A stretch of 62,031 nucleotides of DNA, filler included. It is 3 parts of 3 records of this genome, joined end to end, with 100 filler letters (N's around TTAATTAATTAA, not from the genome) between each part and the next. Parts side by side here need not be neighbours in the genome. Positions count along the whole stretch, not along the records: positions 17,484 to 44,544 come from SRR20825019_2933; positions 44,645 to 62,031 come from SRR20825019_2939; 1 more part is not named here. One strand, 5' to 3'. The notes under the pieces are model-generated. The model was not told where the DNA came from and did not search any database. It was given only the letters and a program-made list of their open reading frames with translations. This document shows positions 38,533-48,916 of this stretch, piece by piece. Made by a program: the position numbers and the translations under genes. Numbering within the stretch: the stretch's first letter is position 1; every line of letters starts with the position of its first letter.

Positions 38533-39960
38533 TTATTTACGGTAATCCAATGCAGGTGGTCTGTTGCCCAACATGGGAACATATTTAAAGTCCTTGCCAC
38601 GTCTTTCTTCCAGTTCTTTTTTGGCAGCTTCGATTGTTTTTGGGCTTTCAAAAATGTCCATGGCGGTCAGTGCCAATGTCTTTGCAGCGACCATCATTCC
38701 TTTGGAACCAATGCTCATACCGCCAGCGGCAACTGCTTGCCAGCTATGCGCGGGAGTTCCGGGAACCCAAGTTACAGTACCAAGACCAGCTGTGGGAACG
38801 GTATAACTCACATCACCGACATCGGTGGAACCGTATGCTTGAGCGGTCTCTTTGTAGGGCTGCACAATCTGTGCGGTGGAAATGTCCGGAGCCCCCTTGC
38901 CCAAGGTCTCGGATATTTTTTCGGCAAATGCCTTTTCTTCATTAGTATAGGTAACTCCCCCAACTTTTACCAAATTGTCGTACATAATTTTTTGAACGGT
39001 AAGGTTGGGCAAAAGTTCGTGCGTTCCACCAATCATTTCATAATCCATGGTGGTTCCCGTACCTAGCGCAGCACCCTCTGCCGCTTTTACAATTCTGTCA
39101 AAAATATCCACAACAACATCTCTCGTATTATGTCTTGCATAATAGTATACCTCCGCAAAATCAGGCACTACGTTTGGTGCTTTTCCACCATTTGTGATTA
39201 CATAGTGAATTCTGGCATCTTCAGGTACATGCTCTCTCATCATATTTACCATGGCGTTCATGGCCTCTACACCATCCAGTGCGGAACGACCTTTTTCCGG
39301 AGCTCCTGCGGCGTGGGCGGAAATTCCATGGAATCTGAATTTGGCGGATTTATTGGCTAATGCGGCACCGGCGCTGGCAGCATTTCCGGAACCGGGGTGC
39401 CAGTGCAACGCAACGTCCACATCGTCAAAAACACCTTCACGGACCATGTATACTTTTCCTGAACCACCTTCTTCTGCGGGACACCCATAAAAGCGAATGG
39501 TTCCTTTGATGTTGTTATTTTCCATCCATTCCTTTACCGAAATAGCGGCTGCTGTGGATGCTGTTCCAAACAGGTGGTGCCCACAGGCATGGCCAGCTGC
39601 GCCACCGGCAGATTTTTTCTCAGGAACAGCTTGTTGTGAAAGGCCTGGAAGTGCATCATACTCGCCCAAAATAGCAATCACAGGATATCCGGAACCATAT
39701 TCGGCCTTAAAAGCGGTAGGAATTCCAGCGATACCCTTATCAATGCTAAAACCGGCATCGGACAGAGTTTCCTGTAAAAGAGCAGAACTTTGTTCTTCCA
39801 GATAGCCCATTTCAGCAAGACCCCAGATTTCGTGGGCGATTTCACTGTATTTTTCAGATTTGGAATCTAAATCCTTGATGATATCGTTCTTCTTTTTCTG
39901 GGCATGAATGCCCATGGTGCACAATAGCAGAATTGCGCCCATTGGGAGAAATTTTCTCAT
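38533..39960 (-). CDS. Secreted M20 amidohydrolase (AbgB-like)
   Basis: Signal peptide; EYDALPG, HACGH, PAEEGG, WHP, GSTDVGDVS. Confidence 0.88.
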   Translation of the reverse strand: MRKFLPMGAILLLCTMGIHAQKKKNDIIKDLDSKSEKYSEIAHEIWGLAEMGYLEEQSSALLQETLSDAGFSIDKGIAGIPTAFKAEYGSGYPVIAILGEYDALPGLSQQAVPEKKSAGGAAGHACGHHLFGTASTAAAISVKEWMENNNIKGTIRFYGCPAEEGGSGKVYMVREGVFDDVDVALHWHPGSGNAASAGAALANKSAKFRFHGISAHAAGAPEKGRSALDGVEAMNAMVNMMREHVPEDARIHYVITNGGKAPNVVPDFAEVYYYARHNTRDVVVDIFDRIVKAAEGAALGTGTTMDYEMIGGTHELLPNLTVQKIMYDNLVKVGGVTYTNEEKAFAEKISETLGKGAPDISTAQIVQPYKETAQAYGSTDVGDVSYTVPTAGLGTVTWVPGTPAHSWQAVAAGGMSIGSKGMMVAAKTLALTAMDIFESPKTIEAAKKELEERRGKDFKYVPMLGNRPPALDYRK

Positions 39961-40050
39961 GGGTTGATTATTTTGAGTTAGGCTCTAAAGATATGAAAAA
40001 ACCATACTTAGCGACTATTGCAATGCTTCGGAATGATTAAATTTGTTGAT

Positions 40051-41367
40051 ATGTCGAGCATGAACATTCCTCAATCCAGTAATCCAAGAGTCGTGATAGT
40101 AGGCGGCGGTTTTGGAGGTATAGCACTAGCCAAAAAATTAAGCAAAAAAGAAGTCCAAGTGGTTCTATTGGACAAACACAACTACCATAACTTTCAACCC
40201 TTACTGTATCAAGTGTCCACTGGCGGCTTGGAACCAGATTCCATTGCCTATCCCATAAGAAAGGTGCTTCAGGGATATCCCAATTTCTTTTTTCGATTGG
40301 CACAGGTACAAGAAGTAAAGACTGATACGAAAAGAATCAAAACCAATATTGGTGAGATTTTTTATGACTATTTGGTGGTGGCCACAGGTTCTGAGACGAA
40401 TTTTTTCGGAAACAAGGGTATCGAGACCAAAGGAATGGCGATGAAAACCATTCCGCAATCCTTGAATCTGCGGAGCTTGATACTGGAGAATTTTGAACAG
40501 GCCCTTTTGACGGACGACTTGCATGAACGTGATGCCCTCATGAATTTTGTAATCGTTGGTGGCGGACCAACTGGCGTAGAATTGGCAGGAGCTTTGGCCG
40601 AAATAAAAAAGGGCATACTTCCTAAGGATTATCCTGATTTAGACACGCGCCGGGCACAGATAAATTTGATTCAGAGTGGAGGAAGGATTTTGCCGGCCAT
40701 GAGTGAAAAGGCTTCAGAAAAGGCGGAAAAGTTTTTAGAAGAGCTCGGTGTGAACGTTTGGAAGAACATCCGTGTTACCGATTATGATGGCAAACGGGTA
40801 ACAACCAATACCAAAACCATTTTTGAGGCAGAGACCTTGGTTTGGGCAGCGGGCGTAAAGGCTGTTGGATTAAAAGGTTTGGATGGAGAAGAGTTGCTAA
40901 GTAGGGGGAATAGATTACGCGTGAACGAGTTCCACCAAGTAATAGGTCTGGATGGTGTTTTTGCCATTGGGGATGTGGCACAGATGGAGACAGAAAAATT
41001 TCCCGAAGGCCATCCGATGATGGCACAACCTGCTATGCAGCAAGGAAAGAGCTTAGGTGATAATATTGTTCGGATGATAGAGGAAAAGCCCATGAAGCCC
41101 TTTGTTTATAAGGATAAGGGCAGTATGGCCACCGTGGGGCGCAACAAAGCCGTAGTGGATTTACCAAAATTCAGATTCCAAGGCGTGTTCGCTTGGTTTG
41201 TTTGGATGTTCGTTCACTTATATTTTCTTATCGGATTTAGAAATAGGTTGGTGGTGTTCATCAATTGGGTATACAACTATGTCCGTTTTGATCGTGAAGC
41301 ACGTTTAATTATCCGACCCTTCAAAAAGCAAAATAAAGTGGAACGGCATAAGTTAATGCGGGATTAG
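40051..41367 (+). CDS. ndh: Type II NADH:quinone oxidoreductase (alternative start 40060)
   Basis: GGGFGG, FQPLLYQV, GGGPTGVELAG, FAIGD, YKDKGSMATVGR. Confidence 0.9.
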   Translation: MSSMNIPQSSNPRVVIVGGGFGGIALAKKLSKKEVQVVLLDKHNYHNFQPLLYQVSTGGLEPDSIAYPIRKVLQGYPNFFFRLAQVQEVKTDTKRIKTNIGEIFYDYLVVATGSETNFFGNKGIETKGMAMKTIPQSLNLRSLILENFEQALLTDDLHERDALMNFVIVGGGPTGVELAGALAEIKKGILPKDYPDLDTRRAQINLIQSGGRILPAMSEKASEKAEKFLEELGVNVWKNIRVTDYDGKRVTTNTKTIFEAETLVWAAGVKAVGLKGLDGEELLSRGNRLRVNEFHQVIGLDGVFAIGDVAQMETEKFPEGHPMMAQPAMQQGKSLGDNIVRMIEEKPMKPFVYKDKGSMATVGRNKAVVDLPKFRFQGVFAWFVWMFVHLYFLIGFRNRLVVFINWVYNYVRFDREARLIIRPFKKQNKVERHKLMRD

Positions 41368-42269
41368 TTTTCCGATTTTCTAGGGTGGAACTCTTTCAGT
41401 ATGTTCGCCAGATGTGAGCGGTTAACGTGCATATACACCTCGGTGGTTGTTATACTCTCATGACCCAACATTTGTTGTATGGCCCGTAAATCGGCCCCGT
41501 TTTCCAAAAGATGTGTTGCAAAGGAATGCCTAAAAGTGTGTGGACTGATACTCTTTTTTAGTCCGATTGCTTCTGCCAGTCGTTTAACTATGGTGAAGAT
41601 CATGGCGCGGGTCAGTTGTTTGCCCCGACGATTTAGAAAAACAAAATCTTCATGTTCTTTTTGAATGTGCAAATGTACCCTAATTTCCTTCCGGTAAATG
41701 TTGATGTATTTCTGGTTGATTTCACTGATGGGTACAAAACGCTGTTTGTTTCCCTTCCCGGTAACCATAATAAAATCTTCATCAAAATAAAGGTCGGATA
41801 GTTTTAGGTTAATAAGTTCCGACACACGGAGACCACAACCGTACAAGGTTTCCAAAATGGCCCTGTTCCTTTCACCTTCAGGCTTGGATAGGTCAATGGC
41901 GGCTATCAATTGGTTTATTTCATCTTCCGAAAGGGTATCGGGTAACTTTCTACCGATTTTTGGGGTTTCGATAAGGTCCATGGGATTGTCATCTCGGTAG
42001 TCCTCAAACACCAAATAATTAAAAAAACCTTTCAGCCCGGAAATAATGCGTGCCTGTGTCCTAGGATTTACCGTTTTGGCGATATCATAAATAAACTGCT
42101 GTATCGTATCTCTCCCTATTCCAGTGGGTCTATTATCTATGGCGTGCTCTTCCAAGTAACCGGCAAGTTTTTGAAGGTCCATGGTATAATTGGAGATGGA
42201 GTTTTGGGAAAGTCCCCGTTCTATCTTTAAATAATTCTGATAATCTTTTATTGCTTGCTGCCAATTCAT
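41364..42269 (-). CDS. xerD: Site-specific tyrosine recombinase XerD
   Basis: ERGLS.NS, GLRVSE, GKGNKQR, HTFRHSFATHLL, LGH, TTEVY. Confidence 0.88.
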   Translation of the reverse strand: MNWQQAIKDYQNYLKIERGLSQNSISNYTMDLQKLAGYLEEHAIDNRPTGIGRDTIQQFIYDIAKTVNPRTQARIISGLKGFFNYLVFEDYRDDNPMDLIETPKIGRKLPDTLSEDEINQLIAAIDLSKPEGERNRAILETLYGCGLRVSELINLKLSDLYFDEDFIMVTGKGNKQRFVPISEINQKYINIYRKEIRVHLHIQKEHEDFVFLNRRGKQLTRAMIFTIVKRLAEAIGLKKSISPHTFRHSFATHLLENGADLRAIQQMLGHESITTTEVYMHVNRSHLANILKEFHPRKSEN

Positions 42270-42495
42270 ACATTCAAATATAATGACATAATCACATCAC
42301 CGTTGCTTAAAAATAGCCATCGGTCAATTCAAAATACCGTTTGGTCAATTGGTGTAGTTAAAAAACAATTAGATTCAATAATTTTCTATCCCAATTATGA
42401 GATTAGAATGAACGAAAATCATTTTTGTAAGAAATTTATTTCATCAAGACACTTTTTTAATGATCATCACGTTTTCTCTTAGTAAAATTTTAACA

Positions 42496-43020
42496 ATGAA
42501 GAAAAAGACATTTGTATTGGTGATCATAGCATTGGTTACCGTAAGTTTTTCGTCCATGGCGCAGCAGGTGGACCGAACAAGTTTTAAGGCAGGAGTGCAC
42601 GCGGGACTTCCCGTTGGTGATGCTTCCGATTATTCAAGTTTTAGCCTTGGGGTAGACCTAGGTTACCACTGGGGAGTATCCGAGCTTATCGATGCTGGTA
42701 TTGCAACTGGATTTATCAACGCTTTTGGGGACACATCGACCATTGATATTGGACCTGTGGGCCAAGATGTGGATTTTCCGGATATCCAGTTCATCCCAGT
42801 AGCTGGGGCTTTTCGACTTTACCCTACCTATGATTTTAAATTGGGTGCCGATGTAGGTTACGCTGTTGGCGTTAATGAAGGAAATGATGGAGGGTTTTAT
42901 GTTCGCCCAATGATTGGATATAATATATCCGGTAACACAGAACTTAATATTTCCTATATCAATGTCAGCAATGACGGTAGTTTCTCTGTAGCTGCCTTGG
43001 GATTGTTGTTTTTGTTCTAA
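42496..43020 (+). CDS. Small outer-membrane beta-barrel protein
   Basis: Signal peptide, GLPVGD, alternating beta-strands, C-terminal Phe. Confidence 0.8.
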   Translation: MKKKTFVLVIIALVTVSFSSMAQQVDRTSFKAGVHAGLPVGDASDYSSFSLGVDLGYHWGVSELIDAGIATGFINAFGDTSTIDIGPVGQDVDFPDIQFIPVAGAFRLYPTYDFKLGADVGYAVGVNEGNDGGFYVRPMIGYNISGNTELNISYINVSNDGSFSVAALGLLFLF

Positions 43021-43097
43021 ATAAAAGAAAACTGTAATTATAGCCCCAAATCTTACAGTTGAAAACCATTAATATTAACCGTTAATTAAATTTTTAA

Positions 43098-43559
43098 ATG
43101 AAAAAATTACTTTTAGTTATTACAATTGTTATGTTGGGCAACCTTGCGGCAAAAGCACAGACCAGTTACAAGGCCGCTCTTGGATTGGGCATAGACCTTT
43201 ATGACGAGGCAACCTTTTTTGGAGCTACCGGAAAATATTTTTTCTCGGATAACCATGTGGGTCAAGCGGATTTGGGTTTTGAGGACAATGCGACCATGGC
43301 CACATTCCTATATTCCTACCATAAAGGATTTTATAGGGCACCTGGCCTGCGTTGGTATGCAGGAGTTGGTCCAAGTATTATTTTCATAAAAGACTTTGAC
43401 AATATTTTTGCCTTGCGTCCGCATTTGGGGCTTGACTTTAAGATTGACGGAGTTCCTTTTGTGCTCAATTTTGATTGGCGTCCCTCCGTTGTATTGAGCG
43501 ATGTAGGTGATAATGAGGTTGCGGCTTTTGGCTTTGGCCTTCAGTTTGCCATCAATTAA
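43098..43559 (+). CDS. Small outer-membrane beta-barrel protein
   Basis: Signal peptide AKA-Q, WYAGVG, GLDFK, DWRP. Confidence 0.78.
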   Translation: MKKLLLVITIVMLGNLAAKAQTSYKAALGLGIDLYDEATFFGATGKYFFSDNHVGQADLGFEDNATMATFLYSYHKGFYRAPGLRWYAGVGPSIIFIKDFDNIFALRPHLGLDFKIDGVPFVLNFDWRPSVVLSDVGDNEVAAFGFGLQFAIN

Positions 43560-43581
43560 AAGACACTATTGTTTTATATGT

Positions 43582-43605
43582 AGGGCGGGATATTCCCGCC
43601 CTTTT
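43582..43605 (+). terminator. Intrinsic terminator
   Basis: AGGGCGGGA-tat-TCCCGCCCT followed by T tract. Confidence 0.82.
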
Positions 43606-43628
43606 CTTTTTGTTGTATTTTTGACGGT

Positions 43629-44045
43629 ATGAAACTAATGATCATCAACGGACCCAACTTGAACCTATTGGGAAAACGTGAGCCCGAAGTTTATGGGAGC
43701 ACCACTTTTGAAGACTATTTTAAAACGCTGCAGCAAAAGTTTCCCGATGTGGAATTGGAATATTATCAATCCAACATTGAGGGCGAACTCATAGGAAAGA
43801 TTCAAGAAGTAGGATTTAATTATGATGGTATTATTCTAAATGCAGCCGCTTATACACATACTTCAGTTGGAATAGGTGATGCCGTAAAGGCTGTGGGAAC
43901 TCCAGTAATCGAGGTGCATATTTCCAATACGCATCAACGGGAAGAGTACCGCCATGTTTCCTTTATTTCGCCAGGGGCCAAAGGGGTCATTCTTGGATTT
44001 GGACTCCAAAGCTACGATTTGGCCATCCAGAGTTTCTTAGGCTAA
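43629..44045 (+). CDS. aroQ: Type II 3-dehydroquinate dehydratase
   Basis: NGPNLNLLGKREPEVYG, QSN.EG, EVHISN..RE.YRH.S. Confidence 0.96.
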   Translation: MKLMIINGPNLNLLGKREPEVYGSTTFEDYFKTLQQKFPDVELEYYQSNIEGELIGKIQEVGFNYDGIILNAAAYTHTSVGIGDAVKAVGTPVIEVHISNTHQREEYRHVSFISPGAKGVILGFGLQSYDLAIQSFLG

Positions 44046-44318
44046 ATTTTTCAAGTATTTTTTATCGGCATAAAAAGTGCCAAAGGGGAGAAGGGATGCT
44101 ACAAAAAGGATGATAAACCTTTTGAGCTTCCACTTGCGTTCCCAACAAAAAACTATGGCCACCACTACGTATAGAATAAACAATATGCCATGAGCCATAC
44201 CAACAACTTGGTTTGGTTCAGGAATATCTGCCCAATGCTTCAACGGCATGGTCATTCCGAAAAGGAGTAGATAGGAAATACCTTCTAAAATAGCAGTGGC
44301 CCTAAAAATTTTAAGCAT
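44037..44318 (-). CDS. DUF3817 membrane protein
   Basis: FR..A..EGISY, G.AHG.LF..Y, PFGTF. Confidence 0.85.
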   Translation of the reverse strand: MLKIFRATAILEGISYLLLFGMTMPLKHWADIPEPNQVVGMAHGILFILYVVVAIVFCWERKWKLKRFIILFVASLLPFGTFYADKKYLKNLA

Positions 44319-44321
44319 ACC

Positions 44322-44544
44322 TTATAGGTGGATTACTTCATCATACGCATCGGCAACGGCTTCCATAACAGCTTCGCTCATCGTTGGGTGAGGATGCACA
44401 GCTTTTAGCACTTCGTGACCTGTGGTCTCCAATTTTCTGGCAACCACGGCCTCCGCGATCATATCGGTAACACCGACACCAATCATGTGGCAGCCCAACC
44501 ATTCACCGTATTTGGCATCAAAAATAACTTTTACAAAACCATCT
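44322..44544 (-). CDS. lpdA: Dihydrolipoamide dehydrogenase, C-terminal fragment
   Basis: Manual translation DGFVKVIFDAKYGEWLGCHMIG...HPHPTMSEA...VIHL*; not in the ORF track. Confidence 0.92.
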
Positions 44545-44644
44545 NNNNNNNNNNNNNNNNNNNNNNNNNNNNNNNNNNNNNNNNNNNNTTAATTAATTAA
44601 NNNNNNNNNNNNNNNNNNNNNNNNNNNNNNNNNNNNNNNNNNNN
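44545..44644. other. Artificial contig spacer
   Basis: 44 N + TTAATTAATTAA + 44 N. Confidence 0.98.
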
Positions 44645-45400
44645 ATAATTGTCCATCGAATGCATCGAGGTCAGGTGCGAGCCCGCCACCCGGCCCTGAA
44701 GCCCGAAACGGACCGTCTCGGCGGCAAGCGTCTCGATATGCCGCGACATCGGATCGTCGGTCTCGTCGCAATGCATATCAACCGGCAGGCCGCGTTCGGC
44801 GGCAATCCGGCACAGCGCCTCCACCGATTTCGCGCCATCTTCCATGGTACGCTCGAAATGCGGGATGCCGCCAACGACATCAACGCCCATATCCAGCGCC
44901 CGCTCCAGCGCTTTGACACCGTCTGCGGCACGGTAATAGCCATCCTGCGGGAAGGCGACGAGCTGCAGGTCGATATAGGGCGCAACCCTTTCCTTCACCT
45001 CCAGCATCGCCTGGACGGTGATAAGCTTCGGGTCGGAGGTATCGACATGGGTGCGGATATGCAGCAGGCCCTGCGAAACGGCGAGGTCGCAATAGGCCAG
45101 CGCCCGTTCGACAAGCGCTTCTTTCGTCAGCGTCGGGCGAAGCTCGCCCCAAAGCGCAATGCCTTCCAGAAGCGTACCGGAGGTATTCATGCGCGGCAGG
45201 CCGAGCGAGAGAGTCGCATCCATATGGAAATGCGGGTCGACAAAGGGCGGGCTGACCAGTCTTCCGGTCGCATCAATGGTCTCACCGGTTTCAGCCGCAA
45301 GATTGGCCTCTATCGCCGCGATTTTTCCACCGGCAATCCCGATATCAATGCCCTTACGGCCGTCGGAAAGATTGGCGTTTTTGATGATGAGGTCGAACAT
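44645..45400 (-). CDS. Cytosine/creatinine deaminase-like amidohydrolase (3' end cut by contig end)
   Basis: PPFVDPHFHMD, SGTLLEGI, RTHVD, VAFPQDG, GGIPHFE, HCDETDD. Confidence 0.9.
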
Positions 45401-45418
45401 GAATGTTACTCTGAATTG

Positions 45419-46363
45419 TCAGCGCTCGCCGCGCCGGTAGGGTTGCATCAGCGCCTGCGGCACACGGGCGCGGCGCGCCATCACGGCAAGAGCGGCGATG
45501 GACAGGATATAGGGGATCATCAGGAAGATCTGATAGGGTACGGCGCCATCAAGCGCGGTCTGAAGACGTAACTGAAAGCCATCGAAAAAGGCAAACAGCA
45601 GCGCGCCGAACAGCGCCCGTTCCGGTCGCCATGAAGCAAAGACCACAAGCGCGATACAGATCCAGCCGCGTCCCTGCACCATCGTCGGAAAGAACGAGTT
45701 GAAGGCCGAAAGCGTGAGAAATGCGCCGCCAACACCCATGAGCGCGCTTCCGGCAATCACCGCGCCATAGCGCATTACCATCGGGTTCACGCCCTGCGCT
45801 TCCGCCGCATGCGGGTTTTCACCGGTCATGCGGATCGCCAGCCCGAGCGGTGTTTTCGCCAGAATATAGGTGAGCAGAACCGCGAGCACGATGGCAAGAT
45901 AGGTCGGCGCGGTCTGGGTAAACAGAGCCGGACCTAAGAACGGCAGATCGGAAAGGCCCGGAATGCTGATCGGCTGGAACGGCTCAATCGTGGGCGGGCT
46001 GCCGGAGACCGGCACCATCAACCGGAACACATAATAGGCAAAGCTTGAGGCAAACAGCGTGACGCCCAGGCCTGAAACATGCTGCGACAGGCCGAGCGTG
46101 ACGGTGAGAACCGCATGAAGCGCACCGAAGACAGCGCCGCCAAGCGCTGCGACCAGAAGCCCGGTCCACAGATCCGCACCGTTGAACACAGCAAGCCAGC
46201 CAACCATCGCGCCGAAGGTCATAATGCCCTCAATACCAAGGTTCAAGACACCGGAGCGTTCCGACAGCAGCGCGCCGAGCGTACCGAGGATCAGCGGCGT
46301 TGCGATGCGCAAAACGGCGGCCCAGAGACCGGCAGACGCCAGAATGTCGATAATCGTGTTCAT
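45419..46363 (-). CDS. ABC permease (nucleoside-type)
   Basis: ERSGVLNLGIEG, GENP.AA, GRGWI..ALV. Confidence 0.92.
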   Translation of the reverse strand: MNTIIDILASAGLWAAVLRIATPLILGTLGALLSERSGVLNLGIEGIMTFGAMVGWLAVFNGADLWTGLLVAALGGAVFGALHAVLTVTLGLSQHVSGLGVTLFASSFAYYVFRLMVPVSGSPPTIEPFQPISIPGLSDLPFLGPALFTQTAPTYLAIVLAVLLTYILAKTPLGLAIRMTGENPHAAEAQGVNPMVMRYGAVIAGSALMGVGGAFLTLSAFNSFFPTMVQGRGWICIALVVFASWRPERALFGALLFAFFDGFQLRLQTALDGAVPYQIFLMIPYILSIAALAVMARRARVPQALMQPYRRGER

Positions 46364-47409
46364 CGGCGTATCCTGTACTGCGTGAAGAAGACGGCGACCA
46401 GCATGGAAATCAGCGACAACGCCACGGTGACATCGGCAATATAGGTCGGGATGCCGAGCGAGCGGCTCATGCCGTCTGCTCCCACGAACATGACGGCAGT
46501 GAAAAGCGCGGCCAGAACCACGCCGAGCGGATGAAGATTGGCAAGCATTGCCACCACGATACCGGAATAGCCATAGCCCGGCGACAGATCGGTGGTGACA
46601 TAGCCTTTGACGCCCAGCACTTCGACGGCGCCGGCCATTCCGGCCAATCCGCCCGACAGCATGGCGACCAGCACCAGCGTGCGCGCCAGCGGGACGCCTG
46701 CGAAAACCGCGCCCTGCGGCGACAGACCGGCAGCACGCGAACGCAGACCGAAGGTCGTGCGCGACTGGATGAAATGAACGATGAAGGCGAGCGCAACAGC
46801 GATCAGAAGGCCGATATGAAGGCGCGAGCGGTCAACGAGCTTTGGCAGCCGCGCCGCCCGTTCGACGGCTTCCGACTGCGGCCAGCCAAAGGCCAGCGGA
46901 TCTTTCAGCACCGTGTCGATCAGCATGGACACAAACAGGATCGCAACAAAATTCAAAAGCAGTGTCGTCACCACTTCATCAACGGAGAAACGCAACCTCA
47001 GCCAGAGCGGGAGAAGCAGCAATATCATGCCTGCAACGGCGCCCGCAGCCAGCAGGATCGGTATCTGGATTGCAGGCGCCATGCCCTCGGTGATACGCGC
47101 ACCAACGGCAGCCGTAGCGATAGCGCCCAGATAAAACTGGCCTTCCGCCCCGATATTCCAGAGTTTTGCGCGAAAGGCGACGGCGGCGGCAAGGCCGGTC
47201 AGGATCAGCGGAGTTGCCCGCGTCAGCGTCTCGGTGATGGAAAGCTTCGAGCCGAAGGCACCGATCAGTATTTTCCAATAGGCATCAAGGACCGGCGCAC
47301 CTGCCAGCGCAATCAAAACGCCCGAGAGAGCAAGCGCGGCGGCAACAGCAATCAGCGGCGTTGCGATGACCAGAACTGTGGGGCGATGTTCGCGCCGCTC
47401 AAACCGCAT
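46360..47409 (-). CDS. ABC permease (nucleoside-type)
   Basis: WNIGAEGQ, EVVTTLLLN, GYGYSGI.VA.L. Confidence 0.92.
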   Translation of the reverse strand: MRFERREHRPTVLVIATPLIAVAAALALSGVLIALAGAPVLDAYWKILIGAFGSKLSITETLTRATPLILTGLAAAVAFRAKLWNIGAEGQFYLGAIATAAVGARITEGMAPAIQIPILLAAGAVAGMILLLLPLWLRLRFSVDEVVTTLLLNFVAILFVSMLIDTVLKDPLAFGWPQSEAVERAARLPKLVDRSRLHIGLLIAVALAFIVHFIQSRTTFGLRSRAAGLSPQGAVFAGVPLARTLVLVAMLSGGLAGMAGAVEVLGVKGYVTTDLSPGYGYSGIVVAMLANLHPLGVVLAALFTAVMFVGADGMSRSLGIPTYIADVTVALSLISMLVAVFFTQYRIRR

Positions 47410-48916
47410 CGGTATTCTCCGTCCATTCGCCGGCCATCATCAGGCCGAACATCTGCGTATTGGCATCTTCGGCGGCAACCGGCGGAGAAAGCCTGCCGCC
47501 GACAATCGCCTGAATGCGGTCGGCAAGCGCCATCACTTCATCCAGATCCTCGGAAATCAGCAGAACGGCCGTTCCGGCACGTCTTGCGGCGAGAATGCGC
47601 TCGTGCACTGCGGCAACAGCGCCTTCATCGAGACCCCGTGCCGGCTGGGCGGCGAGCAGGATTTTTGGATTTTCAATCAGATTGCGGCCGAGAATAAGCT
47701 TTTGCATATTGCCGCCGGACAAAAGCCGCGTGCGGCTTGTCGGCGTACCGCCGCGCACATCGAAAGCCTCAATAATGCTGCCTGCGAGGGTGACGGCGCG
47801 CTTGCGGTCGACAAAACCGTTTTTCGAATAGTCGGCAATGCGCTCCAGAACCGCATTTTCCCAGATCGCCATTTCACCGATGGCCCCCTCGCCGTTGCGG
47901 TCCTCGGGCACCCGGCCAATGCCGAGCGCAATGGCATCCGCCACCGAAAGATCGCCAACGCCTTTGCCGAAGAGAACGAGGTCTCCGGCGGAGCGCTTGA
48001 CCGTACCGCTCAAAAGCCCCGCCAGCACCGACTGGCCATTGCCGGACACGCCGATAATGCCGAGCACTTCGCCCGCATGCAGGGTGAAATCAACCGCTTT
48101 CAGCCGGTCGACACCATCAACACGCACGGTCACGCCAACGGCCTCCAGCACCACAGGACCGGGCGTTGCAGCCTCGCGCACCGGCCGCTCCACCTTGCGG
48201 CCCACCATGAGTTCAGCAAGCTCGGCCTTGCTGGTTTCTGCCGCCCTGCGCTCTGCCACCTGACGGCCGCCGCGCAACACAACCACCCGGTCAGCGGCGG
48301 CCATCACCTCATCCAGCTTGTGGGAAATGAAGATCAGTGACAGACCCTGCTTCGCCATCTCTTTCAGCGTGGAGAACAGTTTTTCAGCTTCGGGACCGGT
48401 CAGCACCGCCGTCGGCTCATCGAGCACCAGAATGCGTGCGTCATTGTAAAGCGCCTTCAGGATCTCGACACGCTGCTGCTCCCCGACGGAAAGATCGCCA
48501 ACGCGGGCATCGGGATCGACGGCAAGGCCGAAACGCTCGGCAATATCGGAAAGCTTGCGCCGTGCCGACGCCGTATCGGAGGCCAGAGAAAACAGGCTTT
48601 CCGTTCCGGTCATCACATTTTCAAGCACGGTGAGATTGGGTGCCAGTGAGAAATGCTGATGCACCATGCCAACCCCGGCGCGAATGGCTGCGCGCGGTTT
48701 TCCGGGCGGCAAGGGAGCACCCATGACGCTGACAGAACCGCTGTCAGGCACATAATGGCCGAAAAGAATACTCATCAGCGTGGTTTTGCCCGCACCGTTT
48801 TCGCCGAGAAGCGCAACGACTTCCCCCTTTTCCAGCGACAGCGATATATCGTCATTGGCAAGCGTTTCGCCAAAGCGCTTGCTCACCCCGGCGATTTCCA
48901 GCACTTTTTCTGTCAT
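47399..48916 (-). CDS. ABC ATP-binding protein, fused double domain
   Basis: GENGAGKT, LSVGEQQ, LDEPT, LSGGNMQK; start MTEK at 48916 overlaps the amidase stop. Confidence 0.93.
   Translation of the reverse strand: MTEKVLEIAGVSKRFGETLANDDISLSLEKGEVVALLGENGAGKTTLMSILFGHYVPDSGSVSVMGAPLPPGKPRAAIRAGVGMVHQHFSLAPNLTVLENVMTGTESLFSLASDTASARRKLSDIAERFGLAVDPDARVGDLSVGEQQRVEILKALYNDARILVLDEPTAVLTGPEAEKLFSTLKEMAKQGLSLIFISHKLDEVMAAADRVVVLRGGRQVAERRAAETSKAELAELMVGRKVERPVREAATPGPVVLEAVGVTVRVDGVDRLKAVDFTLHAGEVLGIIGVSGNGQSVLAGLLSGTVKRSAGDLVLFGKGVGDLSVADAIALGIGRVPEDRNGEGAIGEMAIWENAVLERIADYSKNGFVDRKRAVTLAGSIIEAFDVRGGTPTSRTRLLSGGNMQKLILGRNLIENPKILLAAQPARGLDEGAVAAVHERILAARRAGTAVLLISEDLDEVMALADRIQAIVGGRLSPPVAAEDANTQMFGLMMAGEWTENTDAV

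Noticed and set aside
41364-42269. Tyrosine recombinase as a phage or ICE integrase
   Set aside because: Length and motifs fit housekeeping XerD; no att repeats, tRNA or cargo seen
17484-44544. AT-rich block as a horizontally acquired island
   Set aside because: Bounded by synthetic spacers, carries core genes (yidC, mnmA, xerD, aroQ, lpdA) and is truncated at both ends; it is a separate contig
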